The position numbers and the translations under genes are program-made. A stretch of 64,000 nucleotides of DNA, from contig CAZSKX010000001.1 of assembly GCA_964607655.1 (NCBI GenBank), forward strand, positions 6,314-70,313, read 5' to 3'. Under the pieces are notes generated by a model. The model searched no databases. It was not told the DNA's origin and saw only the letters and a list, made by a program, of their open reading frames with translations. Source of the DNA: an uncultured Candidatus Saccharibacteria bacterium (GTDB lineage Bacteria > Patescibacteriota > Minisyncoccia > Phycocordibacterales > Phycocordibacteraceae). Position 1 is the first letter of the stretch. Each line of letters begins with the position of its first letter. Shown piece by piece: positions 8,726 through 18,577 of the stretch.

Positions 8726-10090
8726 ATGTATCGCCGAACTTTTTTTATTGTGCTCATTGCCGGAGTTCTGGGCATGGGGCTCGTGGCGAGCTGGCAGGTG
8801 CCACTTGTCGCCGCGCAGGAGCTCACGCCTGCTGAGCGGGCAGAACTCCAGCGTCAGTATGATCAGCTCCAGAAGGAGATCGAGCAGCAGCAGGAGATCA
8901 TCAGGCAGACCCAGGCGCAGAAAAATACGCTCCAAGGAGATGTGACGAGTCTGAACGCCAAGATTAAGTCTGCCCAGGCGCAGATTGACGCAAAGAATAT
9001 CCAGATCAGACAGCTCGGCACACAGATCGCACAGAAAAACGTCGTGATCGGACAGCTCTCACAACGGATCGAGAAAGGAAAAGAATCACTCGGGGCGATC
9101 TTGCGCCAGACGCAGATGCTCGACGATTATTCGGTGGTGATGATCGCCTTGAGTAGTGATAGCGTATCGAGCTTCTTTGTAGATCTCGACTCCTTCACTT
9201 CGATTAAGAAACAGATGGCGAATCTTTTTTCTGACATTCGTCACGCTAAGGCTCAGACCGAGACCGAGAAGGCCGACCTAGCCAAGAAGCAGAATCAAAC
9301 TACCGATGCGAGGTACGAGATCGAGACTGAGAAGCAGAAGGTCGCGCAGAATAAAACCGAGAAGCAGAAGCTGCTCACTATCACGGCAAATAAGGAAGTT
9401 GAATATCAGAAAGTGCTTGCAGAGAGACAGGCGAAGGCCGCGGCGATTCGTGCAGCACTCTTCCCGCTGCGCGATGCCGCGGCGATCCCGTTCGGCACAG
9501 CGCTTAAGTATGCCCAAGAGGCCAAGCGTGCGACCGGGGTGAATCCTGCACTCGTGCTCGCTATCCTCACGCAAGAGTCGAACCTCGGCGCGAACGTCGG
9601 GCAGTGTTACCTCCAGAACAACACAACAGGCGCGGGTATCGGAAAAAATACGGGCACAGTGTTCGCCAAGGTAATGAGTCCGACGCGTGACGTGCCACCG
9701 TTTCTTGAGATTGCCTCGAAGCTCGGCTTCGATCCACACCGACAAGTCGTGTCTTGTCCGATCGCTGCTGCCGGTGGATGGGGCGGTGCGATGGGTCCCG
9801 CACAGTTTATCCCGTCGACCTGGAAGATCTATGCGGCTCGGGTCGCGAGTGCAAACGGCGTCTCAGTAGCGAGCCCATGGGATGCTAAGCACGCGGTCAC
9901 TGCCATGGGCTACCTCCTCGCAGACAACGGTGCCTCAGCGGGCGGCTATACAGCCGAGTTTAACGCCGCCGCGCGCTACTACGCCGGGTGGAACGGACCT
10001 CAAATGACGGTCGGTCGCCAATACGCGACCCAGGTGATGGCTCGCGTGGCCGCGCTTCAGAAGAATATTGACTTCTTGGCCGATAATTAG
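8726..10090 (+). CDS. Secreted coiled-coil protein with a C-terminal lytic-transglycosylase (SLT)-like domain
   Basis: Signal/TM N-terminus, ~200 aa of Q/E/K-rich heptad coiled coil, then LTQESNLG ... GAMGPAQF ... AMGYL, which resemble SLT family motifs. Confidence 0.5.
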   Translation: MYRRTFFIVLIAGVLGMGLVASWQVPLVAAQELTPAERAELQRQYDQLQKEIEQQQEIIRQTQAQKNTLQGDVTSLNAKIKSAQAQIDAKNIQIRQLGTQIAQKNVVIGQLSQRIEKGKESLGAILRQTQMLDDYSVVMIALSSDSVSSFFVDLDSFTSIKKQMANLFSDIRHAKAQTETEKADLAKKQNQTTDARYEIETEKQKVAQNKTEKQKLLTITANKEVEYQKVLAERQAKAAAIRAALFPLRDAAAIPFGTALKYAQEAKRATGVNPALVLAILTQESNLGANVGQCYLQNNTTGAGIGKNTGTVFAKVMSPTRDVPPFLEIASKLGFDPHRQVVSCPIAAAGGWGGAMGPAQFIPSTWKIYAARVASANGVSVASPWDAKHAVTAMGYLLADNGASAGGYTAEFNAAARYYAGWNGPQMTVGRQYATQVMARVAALQKNIDFLADN

Positions 10091-10195
10091 GCCAGTTGGT
10101 AGGGCTGAGGTTATCCACTCTTCAGAGGGGGCGTCTCTAGGCTAAGCCTCTATACTGTAGGCATAGTCATTAATCTTTAAGTCATTTATCTATTT

Positions 10196-11065
10196 ATGAA
10201 CGCCCGCCGCTTCCTCTCTACCTCTGCAGTAGCCACCGCTGCCGTATTGATCTCTGCAGGGATCCAGGTACTTGCCTACACTCCACCAAGCACAACCCCG
10301 ACAGGAGGGGACGCTGATGCGCCGCTGAACGTGGGATCAGCTACACAAACCAAAACTGGCGCCCTAAGAGTGAATGGTGCGCTTACCGCAGCGGGCGGTT
10401 TTCTTGCTACCACAATTTCAACAACCGGCGATATTGCGTCGCAGGGAAAAATCACAGCGGACATAGGTGCGGGAGAAGGTTTCTGTCTTGGCTCTTCGTG
10501 TATCACCGCGTGGCCGGCAGCAACTGACACTTCAACCTTCCTCGACACCAGCGCGACGGCTCAAACAAAGGCCGGCGCATTGACGGTCCAGGGCAATCTC
10601 ACTTCCAACAACCTCGTGTCGAACACGAGCGGTAAAGTGATCGTTGGTGGAGGATCAGCTTCTGGGGCATCCGATGTGCCACTCACGGTAAACGGAAGGG
10701 TGAGGATTACGGGAGGCGGACCCGCTCAGTATGCCTACCTGACCGCAGACGGCACCGGAGGCGACGCGTCGTGGCGTCCGTCGAAGTGTGGCTCAGCTTC
10801 TGCTACCGCAGCGTGTGTCAAGTTTCCCAATGGGTCGATGATGACCTGGGGTAATACTGGTACGGGTACTGGGGACCGGACACAGTCTTTCCCGAGCGGT
10901 GTTTCGTTCTCGAACACTAACTACTCTGTCACCATGACGCCTAATAACTCTACTTCCCAAAACTGCGTACCGTCCATAACATCAAAATCATCAACTTCCT
11001 TCGGGTTCAGGACTGACGCAGCCTGCGACACGATCACCTTTAATTGGCAGGCAACAGGCTTCTAG
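10196..11065 (+). CDS. Secreted Gly/Thr/Ser-rich beta-repeat protein (tail-fibre-like)
   Basis: Signal peptide MNARRFLSTSAVATAAVLISAG. Repeated TQTKTGAL(R/T)V(N/Q)G motifs. Confidence 0.45.
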   Translation: MNARRFLSTSAVATAAVLISAGIQVLAYTPPSTTPTGGDADAPLNVGSATQTKTGALRVNGALTAAGGFLATTISTTGDIASQGKITADIGAGEGFCLGSSCITAWPAATDTSTFLDTSATAQTKAGALTVQGNLTSNNLVSNTSGKVIVGGGSASGASDVPLTVNGRVRITGGGPAQYAYLTADGTGGDASWRPSKCGSASATAACVKFPNGSMMTWGNTGTGTGDRTQSFPSGVSFSNTNYSVTMTPNNSTSQNCVPSITSKSSTSFGFRTDAACDTITFNWQATGF

Positions 11066-11071
11066 TCTTCC

Positions 11072-14000
11072 ATGGACGCGACCTCGCCGCATTCTCAGAA
11101 GCACGATACGGTGAAGCGCCAGCTACAAGGGGCGCTCTGGCTTCTGCTTGTTACGGTCGTGGCGACTACGGCGGGGGTGTGGATGAGTCTGAAGTATAGC
11201 GAGCTCGCACACTACGGCCGTAGTCAGCTGGCCGCAGTGGCGGCAGCGCCGGCGGGAACAGTTCCCCTTAGCGGCTGGGCCTGGTCGGGAGGAGACGGCA
11301 CCAAGGGCCCCTACATGGGCTGGATCAGTTTCAGTAGCGATAACGACCCCGCGGGCGCTCCCGTCTACGGCGTCTATGAGAATGTGAGCGACGGCCTGCT
11401 CTCAGGCTACGCCTGGTCAAGTAATCTCGGCTGGGTGAGCTTCAACGCAACAGATGTCGCCACCTGCCCCTCGGGTGGTTCTGCGCCCCGGGTCGATCTC
11501 TCCACTGGTAAAGTGAGCGGATGGGCGCGTGCGTGCTCGGCTTTTTCGGGATCGTATTGTAGCGGAACGCTCGATTCAAGGAGTGGTGGTTGGGACGGAT
11601 GTGTCAGTCTCGCCACCCAGAGTAATGAAACGGTCGCCTATGGAATCACGCAAGACCCGGCGACCTGTAATTGGAGCGGCTACGCCTGGGGGTCCACCGC
11701 GATCGGCTGGGTGAATGTTAACGGAGGTACTACATATGGCGTGAAGTGTGCCAAGCCTGATCTTAGGGCGCAGTATGTTGATCAGATCACAGCTCAAGCA
11801 GGTACGTCGCAGGACTTTACGACCACCGTTTCAAATATTGGAAGCCTTCCGGTCAATGCACCATTTTATAATCTGTTACAGCGCGCAGATACCATTGATG
11901 CAAGTGGTAACGGTATAAATCCACAAACGGCGAACGTGTCGAGTTTTGCCGGCCCTTTCCCAATTTCGGTTAATGGTACGGCAAAAGTTTCGGTACCGTA
12001 CGCTTTTAGCGTGCCTCAAGATGTGGGCACGGTCAGGTATGTCCGTATTTGTGTCGACCAGAATCAACCGGGAACAACTGGAGACATTGCTGAATTAAAC
12101 GAACAGAACAACTGCACGGCATGGAAGGGTATCCAAGTGGGTGGACCTAAGCCAAACCTCCGTGCCTGGGAAGTGACCCCTACGACTGCGAGCGTGGGTG
12201 TTGAGCAGACGTACTCGGCTAAGGTGTCAAACAACGGTGTGGCCGATGTGCCGAACCCATACTATGCTTTGTTCCAGCGCGTAGACGCAATTGACGCTAA
12301 CGGTAACGCCGTCGGGACGCCGCTCGACATTAACGTGCTCGGTATGCCGAGCGGGCTGAAGGTTTCGGCGACAACCACCGTCAATGTCGCCTATACTTTT
12401 CCTCAAGCCGATGCGGGAACTACTCGGTATCTCCGCGTGTGTGCGGATGCGAATTCAAACGCAGTTATTGGCGCACAGAACGACGTCCTCGAATCCTCAG
12501 AGACAGATAACTGTGGTGCGTGGACCGCGGTAGTGGTGGAAGGATCTAATCTCCAGGCAGACGCCATTGGTTACAATGGCGGTGCGCCGACTCCAACGGT
12601 CCCGACGGTATTTTTCGGATCAGTCAAAAATATCGGTACGGCAGGGATCAGTGGTGGTGTCCCGAGTATTCTGAGGATTAAGAGCGACGCTCTCGGATCA
12701 AGAGTCTATGCTCGACTCGATGCGGGAAGTATCCCGTCTATTGCTGCGGGAGCTACAAACGTATCGCTACCTAATAGCAATCTCTCCACCTTTAGCTTCG
12801 CGACCTCATCTACGGGGACGTACTATGCAGATGTTTGTGTGAACATGAACACCGGCGGGACCGTGCCGGTAAACACGGCTGAGCCGTATCCTCCTGCTGA
12901 CAACTGCGGCCAGAATCTGACCGTCGTCGTAAGAGCGCCAAACCTTACCGTCATTCCAGGTACGAGCTATACGGTCGTTATCGGGACCCCTCTTACGGTA
13001 TCTGCGTCTGTGAGAAATATAGGAGATCTAACAACAGGGCAGGGATTCACGGTCAACTTCCAGCGGGGTGATGGAGCTCTCGATGCGAATGGTAATCCTA
13101 CTGGCACCATCACGCCAAGTATCGGTACGGGCAGCGCGACGACCCTAGCGGCAGGAGCCACACAGACAGTGACGATGTCTACGACCTACAGCGGCTTTAC
13201 TACGGACGATGTTGGACAGCCACGTTGGATACGCGCCTGTGCTGATAAGTCGGCGACGATGGCAGATGGCCCCGTCAAAGAATTCGATGTGAAAGGTGCT
13301 GCCGAAGGCGACAATTGTGGTCCGTGGACCGCGGTGACGGTAGGAGGGCTGCCTGACGTGCAAGCGAACGCCGTAACCGCCTCGAAGACCAATCCAACGG
13401 TGAATGAAGCAGTGACGTTTAACACTACCGTAAGCAACCTCCCAACGGCGTCTGGGCCTGCAAACGACTTCCCGACCGTTATTCAAATTGCCAGCCCGAC
13501 TGATCCAGCCACTAATATAAGACGCATTGCCGCCAGTCCGGCCACCACGACGTCGCTTGCTGTGGGTGCTACGACCGGTACACTTTCCGCGAGCTTCGCC
13601 ACCAGCACTCCAGGGCAGTACCGGGTTCGTGCTTGTGCAAATATGTATCCTTCAGGGGCATTAGTGATCCCGGAGAGTAATACAGGCAACAACTGCAGTA
13701 CGTCGTGGGTGTTGATCACGGTGGATTCTGGGGTCGCTGCTCCTACAGTCATCAATCCGACCCATACCGCCATTACGACAACGGGTGCAACACTCGGTGC
13801 AACAGTCTCTTCAAATGGCGGCGCAGCACTCACCGCCAGAGGAACCTGCTGGAGCACGGCTATCAACCCGTCGCTAACTAACGGTGCCAATTGTCTTGCC
13901 GAGGGCGGTACGACAGTCTCAACATTCAGTCATGCACGCACGGGGCTCACTTCGGGAGCAACGATTCACTACCGTGGATACGCCACAAACGCAGTGGGTA

Positions 14001-15457
14001 CGGGTTACACAGCGGACACCGTTTTCTCGACTTCACTGCTTGGTATCACGGTCAGCCCTAAAGCATACTTCTCGCCAGTGTGGTCGCGCACCACTACGGT
14101 CACCTATACACTCACAAACGGCGATTCTGCCAACTCTGTCTGCCGCGCGCTTGATTATGCGAAGAAACCCCTGGGTACGGGTAGTTTCTTTGATTGTACG
14201 GGCGCACGCGCGATCGGATCCTCCTTTATACCGAATGCTATTGGCGAGTATGGATACTATATCCAGGCCTCATCAACCACTACGATGGCGCAACCGGTTG
14301 AGGACAGTCTCACGATCTTTACAACCTCGCCTTTCTTGACTGCAAACGGGCTCTCCGGTCTGCCGAGCACAGCGTCTTTGGGCAGTTCGATTGCTCTGAA
14401 TGGTAGTGTCAATAATGCGAGTACCACGATCCCGAATAACGTGGCCGATGCGTCAAATGTGCCAAGTGTATATCGAGTGAAAACATCGTCGGGCGGGACG
14501 CCTGTCGCATATATCGACGGTGGATCAAAGAATCTTCCAAAGGGTGCGACAGGAGCCTCTGCTGTGGCGCTCAGCGCGGGCTCATATACTCCGACTACCG
14601 CGGGCACCTACTACTTCGATGTCTGTGTCAACATGGGCACGGACACGGTGATACCAAAGGTTTCAGAGTCTAACGCGAGCGACAACTGTGGTCCGGAAAG
14701 TTCTGTCACGGTGGCAGGCACTTGTACTGTGGACGCAACCTGCACATCCGGAGCAAATAACTGTGGCACCACGGCAACGGGCCAATATAACGCAAGCTGC
14801 ATCTGTTCAGCCACCACACCGCCGGATGAAGCAACGTGCGACGGTGGAAGCCCGTCTATAACCTGTACGCGCAACCCTAACACTGCGTCCATAAGTGTAG
14901 GCACACCGGTTACCTTCGACGCAGGTCCGCAAGACGGAGCACAAGGGCCGTATATTTTCAAAAATGGAAGCACTCCTCTGTGTTCTACAACTGGTTCTGC
15001 CTCTTCCTGCCAATGGATCGCCACTGCGGGCAGCTATGACGTAAAGGCTGAGACCTCCTCGGCGAGCCCGACGCCAAACTTGGGCCCCATGCCTTGTGGC
15101 ACAATCTTTACTGTGGGCACCGCAGAAACAGCCCCAGTAATAACCTCCTTCACGGCCGATCCTCTTACGGGTGTTCGGTCAGGCTACACGACTACCCTTA
15201 ACTGGACCTCTAGTGACCCAGCGGCTGTATGTAAGATTGCTCGCTTGGCCGATGCTGCGAACAACGACTCATGGAAGACTGGCCTGCCAGCAAATGACAC
15301 CTCGACTGACGCGGTGACCACGACCGACACGGTTACCAGTGAGACCGTGTACACCCTCACTTGTACGAAGGGTAGTCTTACGAGCAGTGCGGAAGTGGTT
15401 GTTGCCGACGTCTTCCCGTGCTCCGTCGAGATAGGACTCGAATGCCCTGCGGAGTAG
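11072..15457 (+). CDS. Giant membrane-anchored surface protein (1461 aa) with ~7 CARDB-like repeats, an FN3/Ig-like region and a Cys-rich C-terminus
   Basis: N-terminal TM helix. Modules recur ending in the NNC(G/T)AW / NCGPW motif preceded by (T/R)RY(L/V)R(I/V)C(A/V)D. This is a single uninterrupted ORF. Confidence 0.65.
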   Translation: MDATSPHSQKHDTVKRQLQGALWLLLVTVVATTAGVWMSLKYSELAHYGRSQLAAVAAAPAGTVPLSGWAWSGGDGTKGPYMGWISFSSDNDPAGAPVYGVYENVSDGLLSGYAWSSNLGWVSFNATDVATCPSGGSAPRVDLSTGKVSGWARACSAFSGSYCSGTLDSRSGGWDGCVSLATQSNETVAYGITQDPATCNWSGYAWGSTAIGWVNVNGGTTYGVKCAKPDLRAQYVDQITAQAGTSQDFTTTVSNIGSLPVNAPFYNLLQRADTIDASGNGINPQTANVSSFAGPFPISVNGTAKVSVPYAFSVPQDVGTVRYVRICVDQNQPGTTGDIAELNEQNNCTAWKGIQVGGPKPNLRAWEVTPTTASVGVEQTYSAKVSNNGVADVPNPYYALFQRVDAIDANGNAVGTPLDINVLGMPSGLKVSATTTVNVAYTFPQADAGTTRYLRVCADANSNAVIGAQNDVLESSETDNCGAWTAVVVEGSNLQADAIGYNGGAPTPTVPTVFFGSVKNIGTAGISGGVPSILRIKSDALGSRVYARLDAGSIPSIAAGATNVSLPNSNLSTFSFATSSTGTYYADVCVNMNTGGTVPVNTAEPYPPADNCGQNLTVVVRAPNLTVIPGTSYTVVIGTPLTVSASVRNIGDLTTGQGFTVNFQRGDGALDANGNPTGTITPSIGTGSATTLAAGATQTVTMSTTYSGFTTDDVGQPRWIRACADKSATMADGPVKEFDVKGAAEGDNCGPWTAVTVGGLPDVQANAVTASKTNPTVNEAVTFNTTVSNLPTASGPANDFPTVIQIASPTDPATNIRRIAASPATTTSLAVGATTGTLSASFATSTPGQYRVRACANMYPSGALVIPESNTGNNCSTSWVLITVDSGVAAPTVINPTHTAITTTGATLGATVSSNGGAALTARGTCWSTAINPSLTNGANCLAEGGTTVSTFSHARTGLTSGATIHYRGYATNAVGTGYTADTVFSTSLLGITVSPKAYFSPVWSRTTTVTYTLTNGDSANSVCRALDYAKKPLGTGSFFDCTGARAIGSSFIPNAIGEYGYYIQASSTTTMAQPVEDSLTIFTTSPFLTANGLSGLPSTASLGSSIALNGSVNNASTTIPNNVADASNVPSVYRVKTSSGGTPVAYIDGGSKNLPKGATGASAVALSAGSYTPTTAGTYYFDVCVNMGTDTVIPKVSESNASDNCGPESSVTVAGTCTVDATCTSGANNCGTTATGQYNASCICSATTPPDEATCDGGSPSITCTRNPNTASISVGTPVTFDAGPQDGAQGPYIFKNGSTPLCSTTGSASSCQWIATAGSYDVKAETSSASPTPNLGPMPCGTIFTVGTAETAPVITSFTADPLTGVRSGYTTTLNWTSSDPAAVCKIARLADAANNDSWKTGLPANDTSTDAVTTTDTVTSETVYTLTCTKGSLTSSAEVVVADVFPCSVEIGLECPAE

Positions 15458-15496
15458 GCTTGGCGAGCGGTTCTGTCTGTGGTAGGGTAGCAGGAT

Positions 15497-15745
15497 ATGA
15501 AGAAGGACCTGCATCCCGCTGACTACCGCATGGTAGTGTTCGAAGACCTCGCCTCCGGCGCGGCATTCTTGATCGGCTCGACCATCAAGACCTCTGAGAC
15601 GACCCGGTACGAGGGGACTGAGTACCCGAAGGTGACGGTAGAAATCTCGAGCAAGTCACACCCTTTCTATACGGGTGAGGACCGCATGCTCGACAAGACC
15701 GGTCGGGTAGAGCGCTTTAAGCAGCGCGCCGCTAAGAAGAAGTAA
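15497..15745 (+). CDS. rpmE: 50S ribosomal protein L31 (type B, non-zinc)
   Basis: MKKDLHPADY...HPFYTG, 82 aa. Confidence 0.85.
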   Translation: MKKDLHPADYRMVVFEDLASGAAFLIGSTIKTSETTRYEGTEYPKVTVEISSKSHPFYTGEDRMLDKTGRVERFKQRAAKKK

Positions 15746-15756
15746 GTCGCTTCGGC

Positions 15757-15832
15757 GCGTATCGCATTTCTCGGCCTCGCTCGGGGCCCTGCAGCCACTC
15801 GGCGAGAAATGCGATACGCGCCTTTGCGCTAT
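15757..15832 (+). terminator. Long perfect inverted repeat (19-bp stem, ~38-nt loop) between rpmE and prfA. Probable terminator or attenuator.
   Basis: GCGCGTATCGCATTTCTCG ... CGAGAAATGCGATACGCGC, followed by CTTTGCGCT. Confidence 0.45.
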
Positions 15833-15844
15833 ATACTAAGCAGC

Positions 15845-16783
15845 ATGGAATACTCGTCTGAATTTAAGAAGAACTTCTCGACGGCCTATTTAGCCGAGGA
15901 GTACGAGCGTCTTGAGAAGGAGGCGTCTGACGCACTCGCCGCGGCGCAGGGCGACTCTGAGCTCCTCGCGATGGCCGAGGAGGACACAACTCGCGTCCGA
16001 GCACGACAGGCCGACATCCTTCGCGAGATTGAGCAGATCCTAAAGAAGGACGAAGAGGAGGCTTCAGCTCCGGTCTCGGTGGTGATGGAGCTGCGGGCGG
16101 GCGCAGGGGGTGACGAAGCGGCGATCTTCGCGGGAGACCTCCGCGAGATGTACCTGAAGTATGCCGACAGCCAGGGGTGGAAGACGCGTCGCATCGACGA
16201 CCTCACCCTCGAGATCGCCGGGAAGGGTGCGTATGATGCACTCCGCTATGAAACAGGAGTCCACCGCGTTCAGCGTGTGCCGCTCACCGAGAAGTCGGGC
16301 CGCATCCACACCTCGACCGCCTCAGTGGCGGTGCTCCCGATCCGTGCCAAGAGCAAGATTCAGATTAACCCTGCTGATATTGAAATGGAGTTCTCGAGAA
16401 GCGGCGGGGCCGGCGGTCAGAACGTAAACAAGGTGGAGACTGCTGTACGCCTCATCCACACTCCGACCAATATCGACGTCCGTTCGAGCTCAGAGCGTAG
16501 CCAGCTCGCTAACCGCGAGAAGGCGATGCAGATCCTAACCGCGAAGCTCGAGCAGCTTCATGAAGAGGAAGAGGCCAAGAAGCATGCCGCAGAGCGCAAG
16601 GAGCAGATCGGCACCGCTGACCGTTCAGAGAAGATCCGGACCTATAACTACCTCCAAGACCGGGTCACCGACCACCGGATCAACGAGTCCTGGCACAATC
16701 TCCCTAAGCGGATGCTGGGCGACATCGGGGATATCGTGGAGGCATTGCAAAATACGGCAGGTTCAGGTACAGTAGCGGGGTAA
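15845..16783 (+). CDS. prfA: Peptide chain release factor 1
   Basis: GGQ motif ([11 protein letters not shown]) and the RF1-type HRVQRVP(L)TE..GRIHTS block (PLT in place of PAT/PVT). Start moved to the MEYSSE ATG, outside the upstream hairpin. Confidence 0.75.
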   Translation: MEYSSEFKKNFSTAYLAEEYERLEKEASDALAAAQGDSELLAMAEEDTTRVRARQADILREIEQILKKDEEEASAPVSVVMELRAGAGGDEAAIFAGDLREMYLKYADSQGWKTRRIDDLTLEIAGKGAYDALRYETGVHRVQRVPLTEKSGRIHTSTASVAVLPIRAKSKIQINPADIEMEFSRSGGAGGQNVNKVETAVRLIHTPTNIDVRSSSERSQLANREKAMQILTAKLEQLHEEEEAKKHAAERKEQIGTADRSEKIRTYNYLQDRVTDHRINESWHNLPKRMLGDIGDIVEALQNTAGSGTVAG

Positions 16784-17481
16784 TGACAGTAAAAAACAGC
16801 TCGGGAGAAGTCGAGCGCCTCTTTAACACGGGGGCGCATTTCGCGCAGGTAAAGAGTCGTCGCCACCCCTCGATGCAGGCCTTCGTGGTGGGCACTAAGG
16901 GTCGCCAGGAGATCTTCGACCTTGCTCAGACAGCTACCCAGCTCGAGAAAGCTAAGAGTATCCTCGAGACTCTCGCTAAGGAAGGGAAGACCGTCCTCCT
17001 TGTCGGCGGCAAGGTCGAAGTCGCCTCACTCGTCAAAAAGGCAGGGCTCGATATGGGCGCACCCTACGTCTCGACGCGCTGGCTCGGCGGTACGATCAGC
17101 AACTGGACTGAGATCAAGAAGCGTATCGCACGCCTCGCTGAGCTCACTGAGACGATGGCCGGCGCTGCGCGTTCTAAGCAGCACACCAAGCTCGAGCTCG
17201 TACGTCTTGATCGCGAGAAGAAGAAGCTTGAAGTGCGTCTCGACGGTCTCACTACGCTCGAGAAGCGTCCGAACGCGCTCTTGGTCGTCGACACGAAGCA
17301 CGAGAAGCACGCAGTAAAGGAGGCACGTGACGCTGGTATCCCCGTGATCGCGATCATGAGCTCAGACTGCAATCTCGCCGACGCGACCTACCCGATCGTC
17401 GCGAACGACACCTCACGCGAGACGGTGAAGTTCATCCTCGGCGAGCTCGCTGCTGCCTTTAAGAAGGGCGTACAGAGCTAA
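16783..17481 (+). CDS. rpsB: 30S ribosomal protein S2
   Basis: LFNTGAHFAQVKSRRHPSM resembles the S2 N-terminus. 232 aa. The TAATG start overlaps the prfA stop. Confidence 0.85.
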   Translation: MTVKNSSGEVERLFNTGAHFAQVKSRRHPSMQAFVVGTKGRQEIFDLAQTATQLEKAKSILETLAKEGKTVLLVGGKVEVASLVKKAGLDMGAPYVSTRWLGGTISNWTEIKKRIARLAELTETMAGAARSKQHTKLELVRLDREKKKLEVRLDGLTTLEKRPNALLVVDTKHEKHAVKEARDAGIPVIAIMSSDCNLADATYPIVANDTSRETVKFILGELAAAFKKGVQS

Positions 17482-17493
17482 GTGCGTCTTCGG

Positions 17494-17520
17494 TACCACG
17501 CGCGTGGTACTATATTTTAA
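17494..17520 (+). terminator. Palindromic hairpin between rpsB and tsf (terminator/attenuator)
   Basis: GTACCACGCGCGTGGTAC, followed by TATATTTTA. Confidence 0.45.
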
Positions 17521-17552
17521 TCATATTTAATTGATGTAGATCATTTGTACTT

Positions 17553-18134
17553 ATGGAGATTTCGATGGATGTTATAAAGGCTCTGCGCGACCGCACCAGC
17601 GTGTCCGTGATGCAGTGCAAGAAAGCGCTCGAAGAGGCGGGCGGCGATATTGATAAAGCAGAAGTCATTTTAAAGAAGCGCTCATCTGAAGCGGCTGAGA
17701 AGAAGGCCGATCGATCTCTGGGCGCAGGCGCTATCGGCATCTATGTCCACGAAGGCGCTATTGGCGCGATGGTGCTCCTCTCCTGTGAGACTGATTTCGT
17801 AGCAAAGAATCCAGACTTCTCTACATTTGCGCGTGAGCTCGCGATGCATGTGGCGGCTACGGACCCTAAGTACACTAGTGCTGAGGAGATCCCCGAGGAC
17901 GTGAAGACGGCGGCGGTGGCCGTGTTTGAGAAGGAGATGGAAGGTAAGCCAGCAGATATGAAAGCCAAGATCATGGAAGGGAAGCTCGCGAGCTACTTCA
18001 GTGATCAGGTGTTCCTCGAGCAGGCGTTTATCAAGGATGAAAGTAAGAAGATCAAAGACCTCCTTAACGAAGCGACACAGAAGTTTGGCGAGCGCGTCGA
18101 GGTAAGCCGCTTCGTGCGCATGTCGGCGCGCTAA
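17553..18134 (+). CDS. tsf: Elongation factor Ts
   Basis: N-terminal UBA-like LRDRTSVSVMQCKKALEEAGGDIDKA. 193 aa (short form). Confidence 0.85.
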   Translation: MEISMDVIKALRDRTSVSVMQCKKALEEAGGDIDKAEVILKKRSSEAAEKKADRSLGAGAIGIYVHEGAIGAMVLLSCETDFVAKNPDFSTFARELAMHVAATDPKYTSAEEIPEDVKTAAVAVFEKEMEGKPADMKAKIMEGKLASYFSDQVFLEQAFIKDESKKIKDLLNEATQKFGERVEVSRFVRMSAR

Positions 18135-18137
18135 TCT

Positions 18138-18557
18138 GTGGCCCACCTCGTATTCATCCTCCTGTCGATCGCGCTCCTGGTAGGATTCTTCCTACTCACG
18201 AGGTCAGAGGCTCAGAGGGGCGTGCGATACCTCGCGCCGCGCCGTAGCGCGCTCGACGCGCAGGTGGGTCGGATCGAATTTATTCTCACGCACGTCGACT
18301 TCGCTTCATTCGCGCGCGAGGAGGGTCGCCGCCTGGTGGGGCGCGTGAGCCACGCGCTCGCACACCTCTCGCTCCAGCTCGTACGCGCTGTAGAGCGACT
18401 CCTTACGCGCGCGGTCCGACGTCTCCGCACTAAGCACCAGGTTGCGGCACCGGCCGCTGGCGGAGAGACACGAGAGTTCGTTAAAACGCTTTCGGACTTC
18501 AAAGGGCGTTTAAAAGACACGATGCCCGAGATGGCGCCCGTAGAGAAACAGGATTAG
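18138..18557 (+). CDS. Hypothetical protein with an N-terminal TM helix (GTG start 3 nt after the tsf stop)
   Basis: 139-aa ORF with GC3-rich codon usage. No recognisable family. Confidence 0.35.
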   Translation: MAHLVFILLSIALLVGFFLLTRSEAQRGVRYLAPRRSALDAQVGRIEFILTHVDFASFAREEGRRLVGRVSHALAHLSLQLVRAVERLLTRAVRRLRTKHQVAAPAAGGETREFVKTLSDFKGRLKDTMPEMAPVEKQD

Positions 18558-18577
18558 GTAGGGTATAGTGCGTTAGT

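Noticed and set aside
11407-15024. Numerous 60–150-aa ORFs on both strands inside the 11072–15457 giant gene, and likewise 29203–32423 inside the second giant gene, 1177–1530 and 1998–2540 antisense to the first ORF and gap, and 50447–52699 inside rpoB.
   Set aside because: They overlap long uninterrupted ORFs with clear domain content. This is the high-GC antisense open-frame artefact.
47-15457. Intact prophage suggested by the tail-fibre chaperone domain and tail-fibre-like proteins.
   Set aside because: No integrase, terminase, portal, capsid or lysis genes are in the window. The intervening genes are core metabolism and ribosomal genes.
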